64,000 nucleotides of DNA from contig VJWM01000219.1 in NCBI GenBank assembly GCA_010909165.1, positions 186,001 to 250,000 on the forward strand. Direction: 5' to 3'. The position numbers were made by a program, and so were the translations under genes. This document shows positions 48,572 through 59,916 of this stretch, one piece after another; the stretch's first letter is position 1, and each line of letters starts with the position of its first letter. The notes under the pieces are model-generated. The model saw nothing but the letters and a program-made list of their open reading frames with translations, was not told the origin of the DNA and made no database searches. Origin of the DNA: Anthoceros angustus. Lineage: Eukaryota > Plantae > Anthocerotophyta.

Positions 48572-49866
48572 TCAGATTCCTCCGATCCTTCCTTTCAGCT
48601 TCAGGCTCACCACGTACGCTCCACTACTTCCACAAAGGAACTTAAACTGAATAGCCTCCTCACTAGAGCCCCCTGCAAGAGAAGGATGAGCGAGTGATGG
48701 TGCAGATCTGCAAATGCATAACTTATGAAATAACATCACTGCAGCTCACCTTGGTAAGGAAGACGCCGGGTCCAGCTGAAGGCAGCCTGCGACGGCCTGC
48801 CTTTGGCAGCGGCCCACATTGCAGATAAGGTGTCCCAACAGCCTACCCTTCCAACAGCCTGGCAGAGGAGACAACCATGCACGTCAAGCCCTACCCAAAG
48901 CCAGGACTGGACAGCATTGCTCCTAATACAGCAATTTTATTTACGCACCTGGAGGACCAGGCGCTTCCCAGCAGGATCGTCATCGCTGAACCGAGAGAAG
49001 AGGGTTACCTTGGGATCCAACCTGGCAGAAGCACAAACCCTGCAGTCATTGTTTGCAAGAACGTAAAGCAGACGAGACAGAACGTGTGCAGCGCGGACAA
49101 CTGACTTATAAGAAAGAGCAATGCCCCATGCAATTCTGGAGGCCAAGTCTGAAGAAACGCTGGTCGAAAGACTCTGCTTGTCCGCCTCTCCCCTGAAACA
49201 TATCAGGACCACGTCAGGACAGGAGAGAGTCTTCCAGAGCATGAAAAAGAAAACACTGAAAGTGTGTTATCAGTCAGCACCCAATCGTACTCTCTACGCT
49301 CAGGCGGTGCCGGCTACGAAGGTCTGTGCCAGAGGTGAACGCAATGGAACCAGCCTGGCCGGCCTCCCCATGCGCCCGCGAGAGAGGGTAAACCAGTCTG
49401 ACCCGCAGCTCCTTGAGATTGGTGCGCGTGCCTTGCACCAAAGTTTCCATCAACGTTTGAGATCCAAGCTGCACCCACAGAGCATAGGAGAGCAGAGCAC
49501 AGGCAGCTGGTTCCTAGCTCCGCTTTGCAGCAGGCAAGGCCATTACTGTGAAGACGCAAAATTGGAACCAACCCGCTGCTTGCGAACGAGAAGCACTGCT
49601 TGAGGGGCGCTCTCGGAGGGGCGAGAATCCACCCCCAGTTGCTCGGCCCCCTTGACGTGGTTGAAAAAATATTTTGCCACCCCGCTGCTGCTGCTGCCGC
49701 TGCCGCTGCTGCTGCTGCTGCTGTTGCTGTTGCTGCCGCGGAGTGCTTCCAGTCCTACCACGGGACGCTGCTGCTGTGGCCGCAGCTGCAGCTCCGCGGA
49801 CTTGGCAACCGGGTGCCCTCCGGGCCACGGCTTCGCCGAGCCATGCCTGCGATGTTGCGAAGGCAT
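48572..49866 (-). CDS. Unrecognised six-exon gene, 283 aa, with a Ser-rich N-terminus and a beta-strand-rich body
   Basis: Exons 49866-49573, 49468-49281, 49192-49106, 49021-48949, 48858-48750 and 48672-48572. All five GT-AG introns are phase-compatible (0,2,2,0,1), giving 852 nt without an internal stop. The ATG choice is less certain. Confidence 0.8.
49681..49735. repeat. (CTG/CAG)n-type microsatellite encoding poly-Ser/Asn/Gly
   Basis: Visible run; on the minus strand it encodes GSNSNSSSSSSGSGSSSSG. Confidence 0.9.
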
Positions 49867-50315
49867 CACCGCTCCCTTATCCCCCTTCTCCAACTGCGGC
49901 TACATTGGCAAGCCCATGTTGTGGAGCAGCGCGCCAGTTGGAGATGGCGCACCCGTACCTCAAGCGTTCGGACTCATCATAAGGCGGACAGGCCAGCTAC
50001 TTCGCCAGTTGCCTCCACACTCTCCATGGATGCATTCACAAATTTCACCCTCCGTCTTCGGCCAATATATGTCGAGTGGTGATAACGGGCAGAGAACATA
50101 GAGTCACAAAGAGCCCTGCGCACCCGATGTGAAATGCGTATACCAGGGGTGAACAATGAGGCTTCTATCCAACACAGTGCGCGTCACATGCTTCCCTGCC
50201 TCTTCGCAACATAACGTCATCTTGAAATGACTTTAGCTTCAAATCACCCTCTTAGTTCAGATGACTCTTGACTGGACGGGGTGCGTTTCTACTACTCATG
50301 ACGTCTCGACACGTT

Positions 50316-51650
50316 GAAGAAGAAGAAGAATTTTATTTAAGTTCACTAAGGACGGATTTCCATCATGGGACTGAAATATAATAATTATATAGATTGTGAT
50401 AAAATAATCTGGATTAATATAAAAGTAAAATTTAAACAAGACAAATAATCTTCAATTAGTCAACAGTGTCAACGAAATTGCATAAACGGAGGGCCAAACA
50501 CCACCAATTCATCCCCACGAAAGAAAGCCACTTGACCTCTAGCACGAGCTGCTCTGAAAGCGGGTAATTTCTCTTTCTTAGTCTTCCATTGCGATGGTGT
50601 AAGATCCTCATTGATATATAATTGAGTTGTCCGTAACATAGACCTAGCCTTCATAACCTGGAAGCGATCATCCATAGAGTGAAAAGTCATAATCAATATG
50701 CTCTCCCTACCAGGATCCTTTCCAAGCCAGAAGGCTCGAGGAACGACCACATTGACCTCTAGCCTATTGAGAAACTCTTTTGCAGCCACAAGTGGTGCAA
50801 CAATGTCATTACCAAGACCAGAAATTCTCAAGTTCAAAGCACGACGAGCACGGTCCGCCGTCATTCTCAAGTTCAAAGCATGGCGAACACGGTCCTCTGT
50901 CTCGGAAACAACTTCTGATATTGTGTTGCCACCAGGACAAGAAGGAGCAGGGGGATCATTAATCCCCATAAGGTTTTTACCAGTAAGCTTCTCCATATAT
51001 ATAGGTAAAACTTATTTCATTGAAGTGAAATGATTTTCCAAATTTATGGCTTTCTCCTCTATGGTCCGTGAAAAAACTTAATTTTGTAACCCTTGCTCCA
51101 CCAACCTTTCAGAGAGTCTTCCAACCTGATTATCCAAACCCTGCAACTTTTTGGCCATATAACTGTGCATTTCTTCCCTCTGTGCACGAATAAGCTCGAG
51201 AATAACCTTCTTGTAGCCTTCCAAACTAGGTGCCAGATCTGCCTTCGACAAGCAACCCACACAAGGAATAGGAATTTGCAAGGCATTGACTTGCAAAAGC
51301 AATGAATCAAACTTGACATGGAAAGACGCCTCAAAATTTTTAGTCCATGAGCTTGCTGATTCAAGATCGTGTTGCAATTTTCTAATAATAACATCCTGAC
51401 TATTAAATCTCTTATCTATAAGATCATCCATTACGGAATTGAACTCATCCCTCTCGTCCTCCTGGCCCTCCTCACCCCCCTCGTCCTCCGAGTCCCATGC
51501 TTAAGATTGGTGTTTAGCCAAAAGAGACTCATATTTTTCCCTTAAGGAAATATTCTCCGCCTCAATTTTAAGTACTCTAGTCTCCAATACAGATACCACG
51601 TTGTCTTCGTATTTTTCTTCAATACTATGTAATCTAGTCTCAATATTGAT
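50316..51650 (-). mobile_element. ORF1-only LINE derivative (degenerate L1/CR1-type ORF1p followed directly by a LINE 3' tail)
   Basis: Coiled coil (IETRLHSIEEKYED..LETRVLKIEAENISLREKYESL*; MDDLIDKRF..), then RRALNLRISGL (RRM start) and LYINEDLTPSQ..KEKLPAFRAARARGQVAFFRGDELVV (Tnp_22-like CTD), stop at 50469. About 95 nt later come AATAAA and (TTC)5, ending at 50316. The 5' boundary is approximate. Confidence 0.7.
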
Positions 51651-51939
51651 ACCCTGTTATCTACATATTTAACTGTTTTATGCTTAGTAATAATAGAAGT
51701 CATAACCTCAAAAAATCAACAAAAATAAAAACATGGCCTGTTTTGCAACACGATGAGAACCATGTGCATATCATTCCTGACGAGAATGAGGATCTATACA
51801 TCTATAACTACATGTACACAGCAGGATCTCCGGTTGGGATTTCAGGGTGTTTGAACTAGAATACATAGTTCCGATATCTTTCTGACCTTCGTGGTCTGAT
51901 TGCTCTGATATACGATCATATGGCTTCTAACAACTCCCA

Positions 51940-52149
51940 ACTCCCTTCCCTGCTTAGGCCAAATGGACACACATTTATAAGAACGCCGTGATTAAGCATC
52001 CTGAGCTTGGATCGGTACTTAGATGGGGTGCCTAAAGGGCGTGGATGGTGCAAGTAGCTTAGGCACACCATGGTACAAGTTATTAAGTACCAAGTCCCAT
52101 GACGGAAATGCGTCCTTAGTGGACTTAAATAAAATTCTTCTTCTTCTTC
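51940..52149 (+). mobile_element. LINE 3'-end fragment (ORF2 C-terminal remnant, AATAAA, (TTC)5)
   Basis: Encodes ..LSLDRYLDGVPKGRGWCK*, resembling the ORF2 C-terminal GRY..PR..R.C region. AATAAA at 52128-52133 and (TTC)5 at 52135-52149. Homologous to 31909-32136. Confidence 0.7.
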
Positions 52150-54621
52150 CACTACTTCAGGACGGCCCTCTTTTTTATTCTGAGAGCCAATCCGTTTGCT
52201 TGCCCTTACCTCAAGTGGTATCGTAGATTCAAATCTGCACAGCACAAGACTTCAGTCTCCTCAGTTTGTATTCACAAATCCTGCACGATGTGGGATTTGT
52301 TCAACTTACTTGTATGAAGCGATGCGATGCACGTAGATGTGGGATGTGAGACAAGACGAAGCGATGCACGTAGAGCAGAATGTCCAGCTTAGCCAGCTTC
52401 ATGCCCGGGCACATCTTGTTGCCATTTCCAAAAGGTGTGAACGTATTGGCCTTGGGCGGGGTCTGCATTCACACAAAGCCCAGAACTTGTTCAACAGCAC
52501 TCACGACATGTGTACGGTACCGGTGAAAGCAGTTTTGCAAATCTGTCAGTTGCATAGATGTCCTTATTACCTTAAACCGGTCAGGATCAAATCCGTGAGG
52601 ATCAGGAAAGATCTTGGGGTCGAGGTGGAAAACACGAAACCATGGGAGCACCGTCCAGCCTTTTGGTTCCTGCACCATTCACTCCATACCGGTTAAGAGC
52701 GAGTCTCGGAAAGAATGGTACACAGGGGAACCCCTAAGATGGCAAAGTCTTCTCAGGACCCCTTGAGCGGTATATACCGTTATATACGACATCCTCAGCT
52801 GCCACCCTCAGCGTGAAGGGTACAACGTTCTTAGTTCCTTGGCTTCCCTGAATCACCTGAAGTTCATAATCACACAGGTTCCTGACTCAGCCTGGTGCCT
52901 CAGGCTCAGTCTGCAAATACAAGATCAAATCTCTCATGACGGCTTCAATCGCTCACTGTCAGTTTTTGAGCAGTTACCCGCATAGTTAGAGGCAGTTGCT
53001 GCACGTCAGACCAGGAGAAAGTGTCATCACCAGAAGACGTTCGCTTTCGTGCAAGAGCATCGTGTTCAGCCTGCAATTGACAGCAACACGTCCAATGTAC
53101 GAGTGAGATCATCACCACACATACATGTGCAATGACACACAATACCCTTCAATTACGACTCTTTATGGTATCCCTGGCATCCATTGCAGTCTACATACCT
53201 GGACTTCTGCCAAAATGTCACGGTGCACACACAGATTGTGCAGCACCCAGGCCAGGGTGGTGTCAAAGGCGGCAAACAAACCGAAAGAAATGTTGTCCAG
53301 CATGTACTCGAGGCCGAGGTCGGCTTGAATAAAGAATCGATCAAGTCCTCATAGTGCTCTAATTTCGCTCCCATCTCTGGCGCGGCGCCGGCCCGCCTCT
53401 TGTCGATCACATCGGTGAAGTATTCGCGAAGCTCCTTCCGTGCCTACACATCCATGGAAGACATAAGCACCACTTGAACCAGAATCTTCAAACGTGCCTC
53501 CCACATCATATGCATCTGAGAGTGCTCAAAGCTGCAGCACCTACACGAAGAGCCTTTCCGTATGTTGTCCACGGAAGATCCAAAGGGAAGCTGGCAGACA
53601 CGCCTTTGTTCAGGCGGCAAACGGCTTAATAAATCTTGGAAAAATCAGCTTCGGGTACAGTTTTGCAAATTACTTCCAGCGCCGTGCGAAAACTGAACTG
53701 CATTGAGCAACAACAACAGGATGGGATCATTGTATCAACTTCCGCCTTGCCAATGTTCCACAGAATTGTCCTTCATTGGATCAACTTCCGCCTTGCCAAT
53801 GTTCCACAGAATTGTCTTATCTCCTGGAATCCATCTCATCCCTACAACAACTCAACTTACGGCCCTCCTCAAACGCGATGATCTCCGCAGAGCCCGTGCT
53901 GGACAGCGAAGCCTCCCAGCTCTGGAAGCACCAATTCACGGCGTGGTCAATGTTAGGAATGAACCGCTTCAGGTTTTCCGCAGAGACATCAGCAGCTTCC
54001 GGATAGTCGCGTGATCGTCCCCCGTCAGTCGCATGAGTGCGCGCGGGTCCAGGACAAAGGAGGCCGGGGACTTGCTGAAAACCTGAAGAGCTCCGGAGAC
54101 TTGAGCACGAACTTGACGCCTTCCACAGAGGTGACGCAAACAGCAGGATGCCCGAGCAGGTGCGATCGGAAGATTGGACCATATCTGCGCACACGCGCCA
54201 GTGCACATGCACCATTACATTGCGCAATCCACAGATTCCACACCGCAACCAGCCAGCAGACCTACTCGGCATCTCCGGCCGGAGTATGGCATGGATGCAC
54301 GTTCTGATTCCGATTCGCGGCGACATTTTGTGATTCTTGTCCCACCCGCTTGATGCGAGGCAGCGTGAAGTTCTCCGGAAGGGCGGCCCGGAAGAACTCT
54401 ACGCTTTCACCAAAAAGCGGCAGCTGCCAGAATCTGCCTCGCAAAGGCCTGCCTTCCTGGCTTTTGCTCGCCGCCAGCTTCAGCGATTGCGAGTACCTGA
54501 AAACGAAGGCCAGGAACAGCAGTGGAATGCCCGAGGCCAGAGTGAACCACACCTCTGCTCCCCACGCCGTGCTGAAATCCACTCCCGACTTTCGGTTCAG
54601 GTGGGTACGAACAATCAACAA
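52150..54621 (-). pseudogene. Cytochrome P450 pseudogene, CYP85 clan (CYP707/CYP88-like)
   Basis: Exons encode LPLFGESVEF, RYGPIFRSHLLGHPAV, LFAAFDTT, KGWTVLPWFRVFHLDPKIFPDPHGFDPDRFK and PKANTFTPFGNGNKMCPGMKLAKLDIL. Lesions: no in-frame ATG in exon 1, at least three frameshifts, in-frame TAA at 53626-53628, and K-helix ExxR replaced by GSQG. Confidence 0.9.
53716..53820. repeat. ~44-bp tandem duplication in a P450 intron
   Basis: ATCAACTTCCGCCTTGCCAATGTTCCACAGAATTGTC occurs twice in direct succession. Confidence 0.85.
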
Positions 54622-55389
54622 TCTCGGTATGGAAGGAGTAGAAGAAGAAGAAAATTAATTCAACAACTCAGATGCCTTATCTGCTGCCTTGATTCGTGTG
54701 GTGTGACGACAAGACCTTTACCCGGCGCCGCTAGGATCGACATAACGACATTTCTGTCCAGAGCTCGAAGGTCGAGAATATCATGCAGTATCTTTTATGG
54801 AAGAAAAAGTAGTCAAAAAAGAGTGTTGAAAATGCTGGCAAATGATACCCGATGCCGTTAATGCTGGCCCGTCCTCGCTTGAGCCGGGACGGATCACTAT
54901 TAGTATTGGGTCTTCTGCTGCCCTTGGTGGCATGACAGGAAAAATGTGTCCATTTGGCCAAGTCTCATGAGAGGAATAATGTGTGTCCATTTGGCCAAGT
55001 CCCATGAAGAAGAAGAAACATGGCAGGAAACATTCATCAACCAGGCCATGCCCTACCTTCTTCAAGAGGCCCATAGTAGACAGCCCATGCCCTAGCTTCT
55101 TCAAGTGGACTAAAACAGACTTCTTCTTCGTTTATGGGCTCGTCATCCAGCCCTGCCCTACCTTCTTTCCGATGCCCATACCGGCGCGATCCTCCCAGGC
55201 CCCATGTCCGATACCCTATGCCCTAAGTCGCCGCGATGCCCTCATGGCTCCATGGCTCCATGGCTCCCGCCGCGAGGCTTTAGGGCATCACCGTTAAAAT
55301 CCTTCATCAATATATATTATACGTTATCTGAGTCGATTTTAAACTAAACGAGTTCGAAATCTTTTAACCTGCCCTTATATCAGGGCTTT

Positions 55390-55884
55390 TCTCCACGTTG
55401 GTCATTCCCTCTGCCCTATATGGCACTGGAATTTGGGGTCCCGGTCTCTCCCCATCCTCTTGGGCGAAGGTGGAAAAGGTTCAAGTTTCCTTTAGTCGAG
55501 CTCACATCGCCTGTAAGCGCTCGACCCCTTTACCTATCCTTCTTTCTGAATTTGCCACATTTCCTCTTGAACTTGACGGTTTTTTTCGCTAATCCAATTT
55601 CCTCTAACACCTTCAACTCCTTGACATTGCCAACCCCAATCTTTCCCCTTACTACCTCCTTCCCTACAGGTCTTCCCCTTCGCTTTGGCTCAATACTATT
55701 GTCAGGCTTCCTTTTGTTGGCTCTCTCAAGCTGCTGATTGGCTTAAAAGGCTCAAGTTTGAACTTTTTATACTCCAATCTTAGCCTACTCCCTACTCCCA
55801 GCTTCCCCTCTCTCACATCCTCCCCAACTACCATATCCAAAGGGACCTCAAATTCAGATACCCTCGTCTCACTTGGCCTCCTCT
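55390..55884 (+). mobile_element. LINE ORF2 (post-RT) fragment interrupted by the Copia insertion
   Basis: VIPSALYGTGIWGPGLSPSSWAKVEKVQVSF..CKRSTPLPILLSEF..PLE is typical of the non-LTR ORF2 region just after RT. It is degenerate downstream and ends at the LTR TG. Confidence 0.65.
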
Positions 55885-56064
55885 TGTTAAGACTAGTAAG
55901 AGTTACATAACCCTAGCTAATAGTCAGGCGAGTTAGGCTAACCCCGGCTCGTTAAGCGAACAGTCGCACCCCTACGAAGGGGTGCCCGGGCCCCTAACCT
56001 ATGTACTTCTTTATCTTTTCTAATATACGCTTCCGCTTTTGTCCGCACTTTAGGAAAGTTCACA
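55885..56064 (+). repeat. 5' LTR of the Copia element
   Basis: TG at 55885 and CA at 56063-56064, immediately followed by the PBS. The expected TSD is CCTCT (55880-55884), which cannot be verified here. Confidence 0.8.
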
Positions 56065-56076
56065 TGGTATCAGAGC
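56065..56076 (+). promoter_or_regulatory. Primer-binding site (initiator tRNA-Met)
   Basis: TGGTATCAGAGC directly after the LTR. Confidence 0.95.
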
Positions 56077-56389
56077 CCACGCTTTTCCGAGATTGAAGGC
56101 GGGGAGGAAGCCGGGGCAATGGCACGGCGTCCTCCCCCTTCCTGTTTTTTTTCCCTGTCCTGCACAAAAGAATCTGACCAAATCTTTAGCACTCTAGCCT
56201 TCCCAATAAAGCTAGCATCCTTTGATCTACATGATCACCTTTTTTTTCAAACAAAGGAAGAGAGAAAATCACCTCGGGTCGGCACCTCACCCGGGTGCTG
56301 ATCGACAGGGGGGGCGCTTGACTGCGGAGTTCTTAACTGTGGAGTTCTGATCAGAACTCCGCCACTGGTCCCTTCTGTCCCCCTTCCCG

Positions 56390-59300
56390 AGAATACTAGC
56401 GGTTATCTACCTAGATATGTAGAGGTAGGCCAACCATGAATTTAAGGAGTAACGGGAGGGAGAGGCATTTGGCCTCCCCCTCCTTCCCCTTCACCATCGC
56501 TGCGCCTTGCTCCCCACACTTCGCTGCAGGATGGCAAGGAGATCCTCTCGCCGGAGTGACAAACGCGCGTCCACTCGCGCTCTCCACCCAGCAAGAGGGG
56601 CGCGACCCCGCCCCCGCCATCATCCCCTAGTACGGGCGCCGCGGTGCAAGCGGCGGGCGGGAGCGAGATCTCCAAAGAACGCCCCATCCGAGGTGCCGAG
56701 ATTCCTCCTCCACGCAATTCGGACATCCATCAACTAAGAAACATTGTGATTCATGCGAGGAGGATCGGATTCACCCCAAAGCAGAATCATTCTTGACTTC
56801 TGTCCCAAGCGGTACTGCATGTCCAATCGCCATCTGGGAGCAAGATCGCCAGCAATTCCCAAGCGAAATATCGCGCCACGGCATACAAAGATCGGGCCGC
56901 TCAACTCCACCATCTCCCTGGAAAAATTCCTCCAGCCTCCTGCAGATCCTGGAGGCGCGGCCGCAGTCGAGGAGTTGAGGCAGCCTGGGCTGCAGCCGTG
57001 GGCGCCCGGTGCAAGCGGGCGGTGGCGTGGGGAGCGATGGCGGGCGAGCCCAGATCCGACCCGGCGCGCAACCTCCGATGGGCGCGCTGCCTCCATCGCG
57101 AGCACGGGCCCAGCCATGGACGGTCGCGGCGTGGAGGATCGCGGGGCCCAAGCGCGAGGCGGCGGGGGCACGGGCGGTGCAAGCGGCGGGCGAGATCGCC
57201 CGGCGCCGGCCAGGTCGGGATCACCGTGCGGAACCCGACCCGAGCACCGTGAGGGCGGAGCGGCCGGATTCGAGCGCCGCGGTGCAAGCGGCGGGCGTGG
57301 ACGGCGCGCCCGCCCAACCGGGCCCAATCGAGGAGCAAGACCGCTTCAACGGCGCCCCAAGACCTGCTCGTTTATTTAACGCCCCGGCATTATTACTATC
57401 TTGATAACAATTTTCAGCCCCTATTTTGCAGCTCTCGCCATTTCCTCTTGAGCACCCGACGGATCTCCACCGCGCCAAGATCCGACCACCACGTCAAGCT
57501 CGAGCCTCCTCCGCCACCGGGTCCCTTCTCGTCCCTTCCCGAGAATACTAGCGGTTATCTACCTAGATATGTAGAGGTAGGCCAACCATGAATTTAAGGA
57601 GTAACGGAGGGAGAGGCATTTGGCCTCCCCTCCTTCCCCTTCACCATCGCCGCGCCTTGCTCCCCACACTACCGCAGATGGCAAGGAGATCCTCTCGCCG
57701 GAGTGACAAACGCTGGCCCACTCGGCCTCCACCCAAAGAAGAGGGCGCGACCCCGCCCGCCATCATCCCCTAGTACGGGCGCCCGGTGCGGCGGCGGAGC
57801 GAGATCTCCAAAGAACGCCCCATCCGAGGTCGCCCCGAGATTCCTCCTCCACGCAATTCGACGACATCCATCAACTAAGAAACATTGTGATTCATGCGAG
57901 GAGGATCGGATTCAAATTTCAAACAGAATCATTCTTGACTTCTGTCCCAGCGCACTGCATGTCCAATCGCCATCTGTGGGAGCAAGATCGCCAGCAATTC
58001 CCAAGCGAAATATCCCGACGGCATACAAAGATCGGGCCGCTCAACTCCACCATCTCCCCGGAAAATTCCTCCGGCCTCCTGCAGATCCTCGGAGGCGCAA
58101 AGATACCGCAGCTAGTGTGTTCGAAGGACGCCACAATTTGCTGCAGCCTGTGAGGCGCCACCCCGTAACCCGAGCGCCGCGGTGCAAGCGGGCGGTGCCC
58201 AGATCCGACCCGGCGCAACCTCCGATGGCCGCCATCGCGAGCACGGCCCAAACGGCGCCGCGGTGCAAGCGGCGGGCGTGAGGATCGCGGGCCCGCGCGG
58301 GGGCACGGGCGGTGCAAGCGGGCGAGATCGCCGCGGTCGGGATCACCGCGGAACCCGACCCGAGCACCGTGAGGGCGGAGCGGCCGGATTCGAGCGCCGC
58401 GGTGCAAGCGGCGGGCGTGGACGGCGCGCCCGCCCAACCACGATGGCCGCCATCGCGAGCACGGCCCAAACGGCGCCTCAAGATTGCTCGGCTTATTTAA
58501 CGCCCCGGCATTATTACTATCTTGATAACAATTTTCAGCCCCTATTTTGCAGCTCTCGCCATTTCCTCTTGAGCACCCGACGGATCTCCACCTACGCAGA
58601 TCCGACCACCACGTCAAGCTCGAGCCTCCTCCGCCGCCACTGTGGACGACCCCGCCCGCCATCATCCCCTAGTACGGGCGCCGCGGTGCAAGCGGCGGGC
58701 GGGAGCGAGATCTCCAGCAAACGCCCCATCCGAGGCCGCAGTCCTGAGATTCCTCCTCCACGCAATTCGACGACATCCATCAACTAAGAAACATTGTGAT
58801 TCATGCGAGGAGGATCGGGATTCAGCCCCAAAACAGAATCTGTTCTTCGGCTTCCTGTCCCAAGCAGTACCTGCATGTCCAATCGCCATCTGTGGGAGCA
58901 AGATCGCCAGCAATTCCCAAGCGGAAATACTGCGCCGACGGGCATACAGCATCGGGCTGCTCAACTCCACCATCTCCCTGGAAAAATTCCTCCAGCCTCC
59001 TGCAGATCCTGGAGGCGCGGCCGCAGCCAGCTTGTGCGAGTTACGAAGGGCAGCCACAATTTGCTGCAGCCGTGGGCGCCCGGCCCCGAGAACCAGCGGT
59101 GGCGTGGGGAGCGATGGCGGGCGAGCCCGGAATCAGCGCAACCTCCGATGGCCGCCATCGCGAGCACGGCCCGCCATGGGCGGTCGCGGCGTGGAGGATC
59201 GGATTCGAGCGCCGCGGTGCAAGCGGGCGGCGGGTGCAAGCGGCGGGCGAGATCGCCGCGGTCGGGATCACCGTGCGGAACCCGACCCGAGCACCGTGAG

Positions 59301-59600
59301 GCGCGGAGCGGCCGGATTGAGCGGCGGCGGCCGGATTGAGCGGCGGCGGCGGGCGTGGGCGGCGCCCACTTGCAATGCCGTTCGTGGGCCAGGCGCGCCC
59401 GCCATCATCCCCTAGTACGGCGCCCCGCACCCGTTCGAGAAACGCCCCGGCATTATTACTATCTTGATAACAATTTTCAGCCCCCTATTTTGCAGCTCTC
59501 GCCATTTCCTCTTGAGCACCCGACGGATCTCCACCCTGCGCCGGCATCCGACCACCACGTCAAGCTCGAGCCTCCTCCGTCGCCACCAGGGACGACCCCG
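56390..59600. repeat. About 3 staggered, indel-rich direct copies of a ~1.1-kb block in the Copia leader
   Basis: GAGAATACTAGCGGTTATCTACC at about 56390 and 57541; CAACTAAGAAACATTGTGATTCATGCGAGGAGG at about 56731, 57872 and 58781; CCCCGGCATTATTACTATCTTGATAAC at about 57382, 58503 and 59445. Confidence 0.92.
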
Positions 59601-59916
59601 CCGGCTCCAACCCTCCTTACCCAGGAACTGTGGGCCCAACTGGAGAGGAAGGCCGACGAGCTCGTGGACCTCGTCTTCCGACTGCGTCGACTCACGGAGC
59701 CAGATCCCGGCACCCCTCAAGCCCCTTGCTCACAGATTTTGAGAATGTTTGCTTGAACTCAAGATTGAACTCTCGCGGTCGCAACCCTCTGCTGTATATA
59801 CTTTCTAAGGAAGGAGCTAGCTTCTAGGCTTGGCCTTTGATGACCACAGGCCCCAACTCCTTTTGGACCAGCTGATCCAGCAGTTGAATTCTCTTTCTTT
59901 GAACACGCCAACCACG

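Noticed and set aside
50316-52149. 57-bp inverted repeat pair read as the TIRs of a 1.8-kb Mutator-like DNA transposon
   Set aside because: The flanks (CGACACGTT vs CACTACTTC) show no TSD. Each arm reads as AATAAA plus a (TTC)n tail, and the right arm's homology continues inward in the separate copy at 31909-32136. Two retro-insertions in opposite orientation fit better.
54900-55270. Short scrambled repeats (AATGTGTCCATTTGGCCAAGTC x2; TGCCCTA(C/G)CTTCT x3) as a MITE or hairpin RNA
   Set aside because: The repeats are direct rather than inverted and partly match LINE 3' sequence; there are no termini or TSD.
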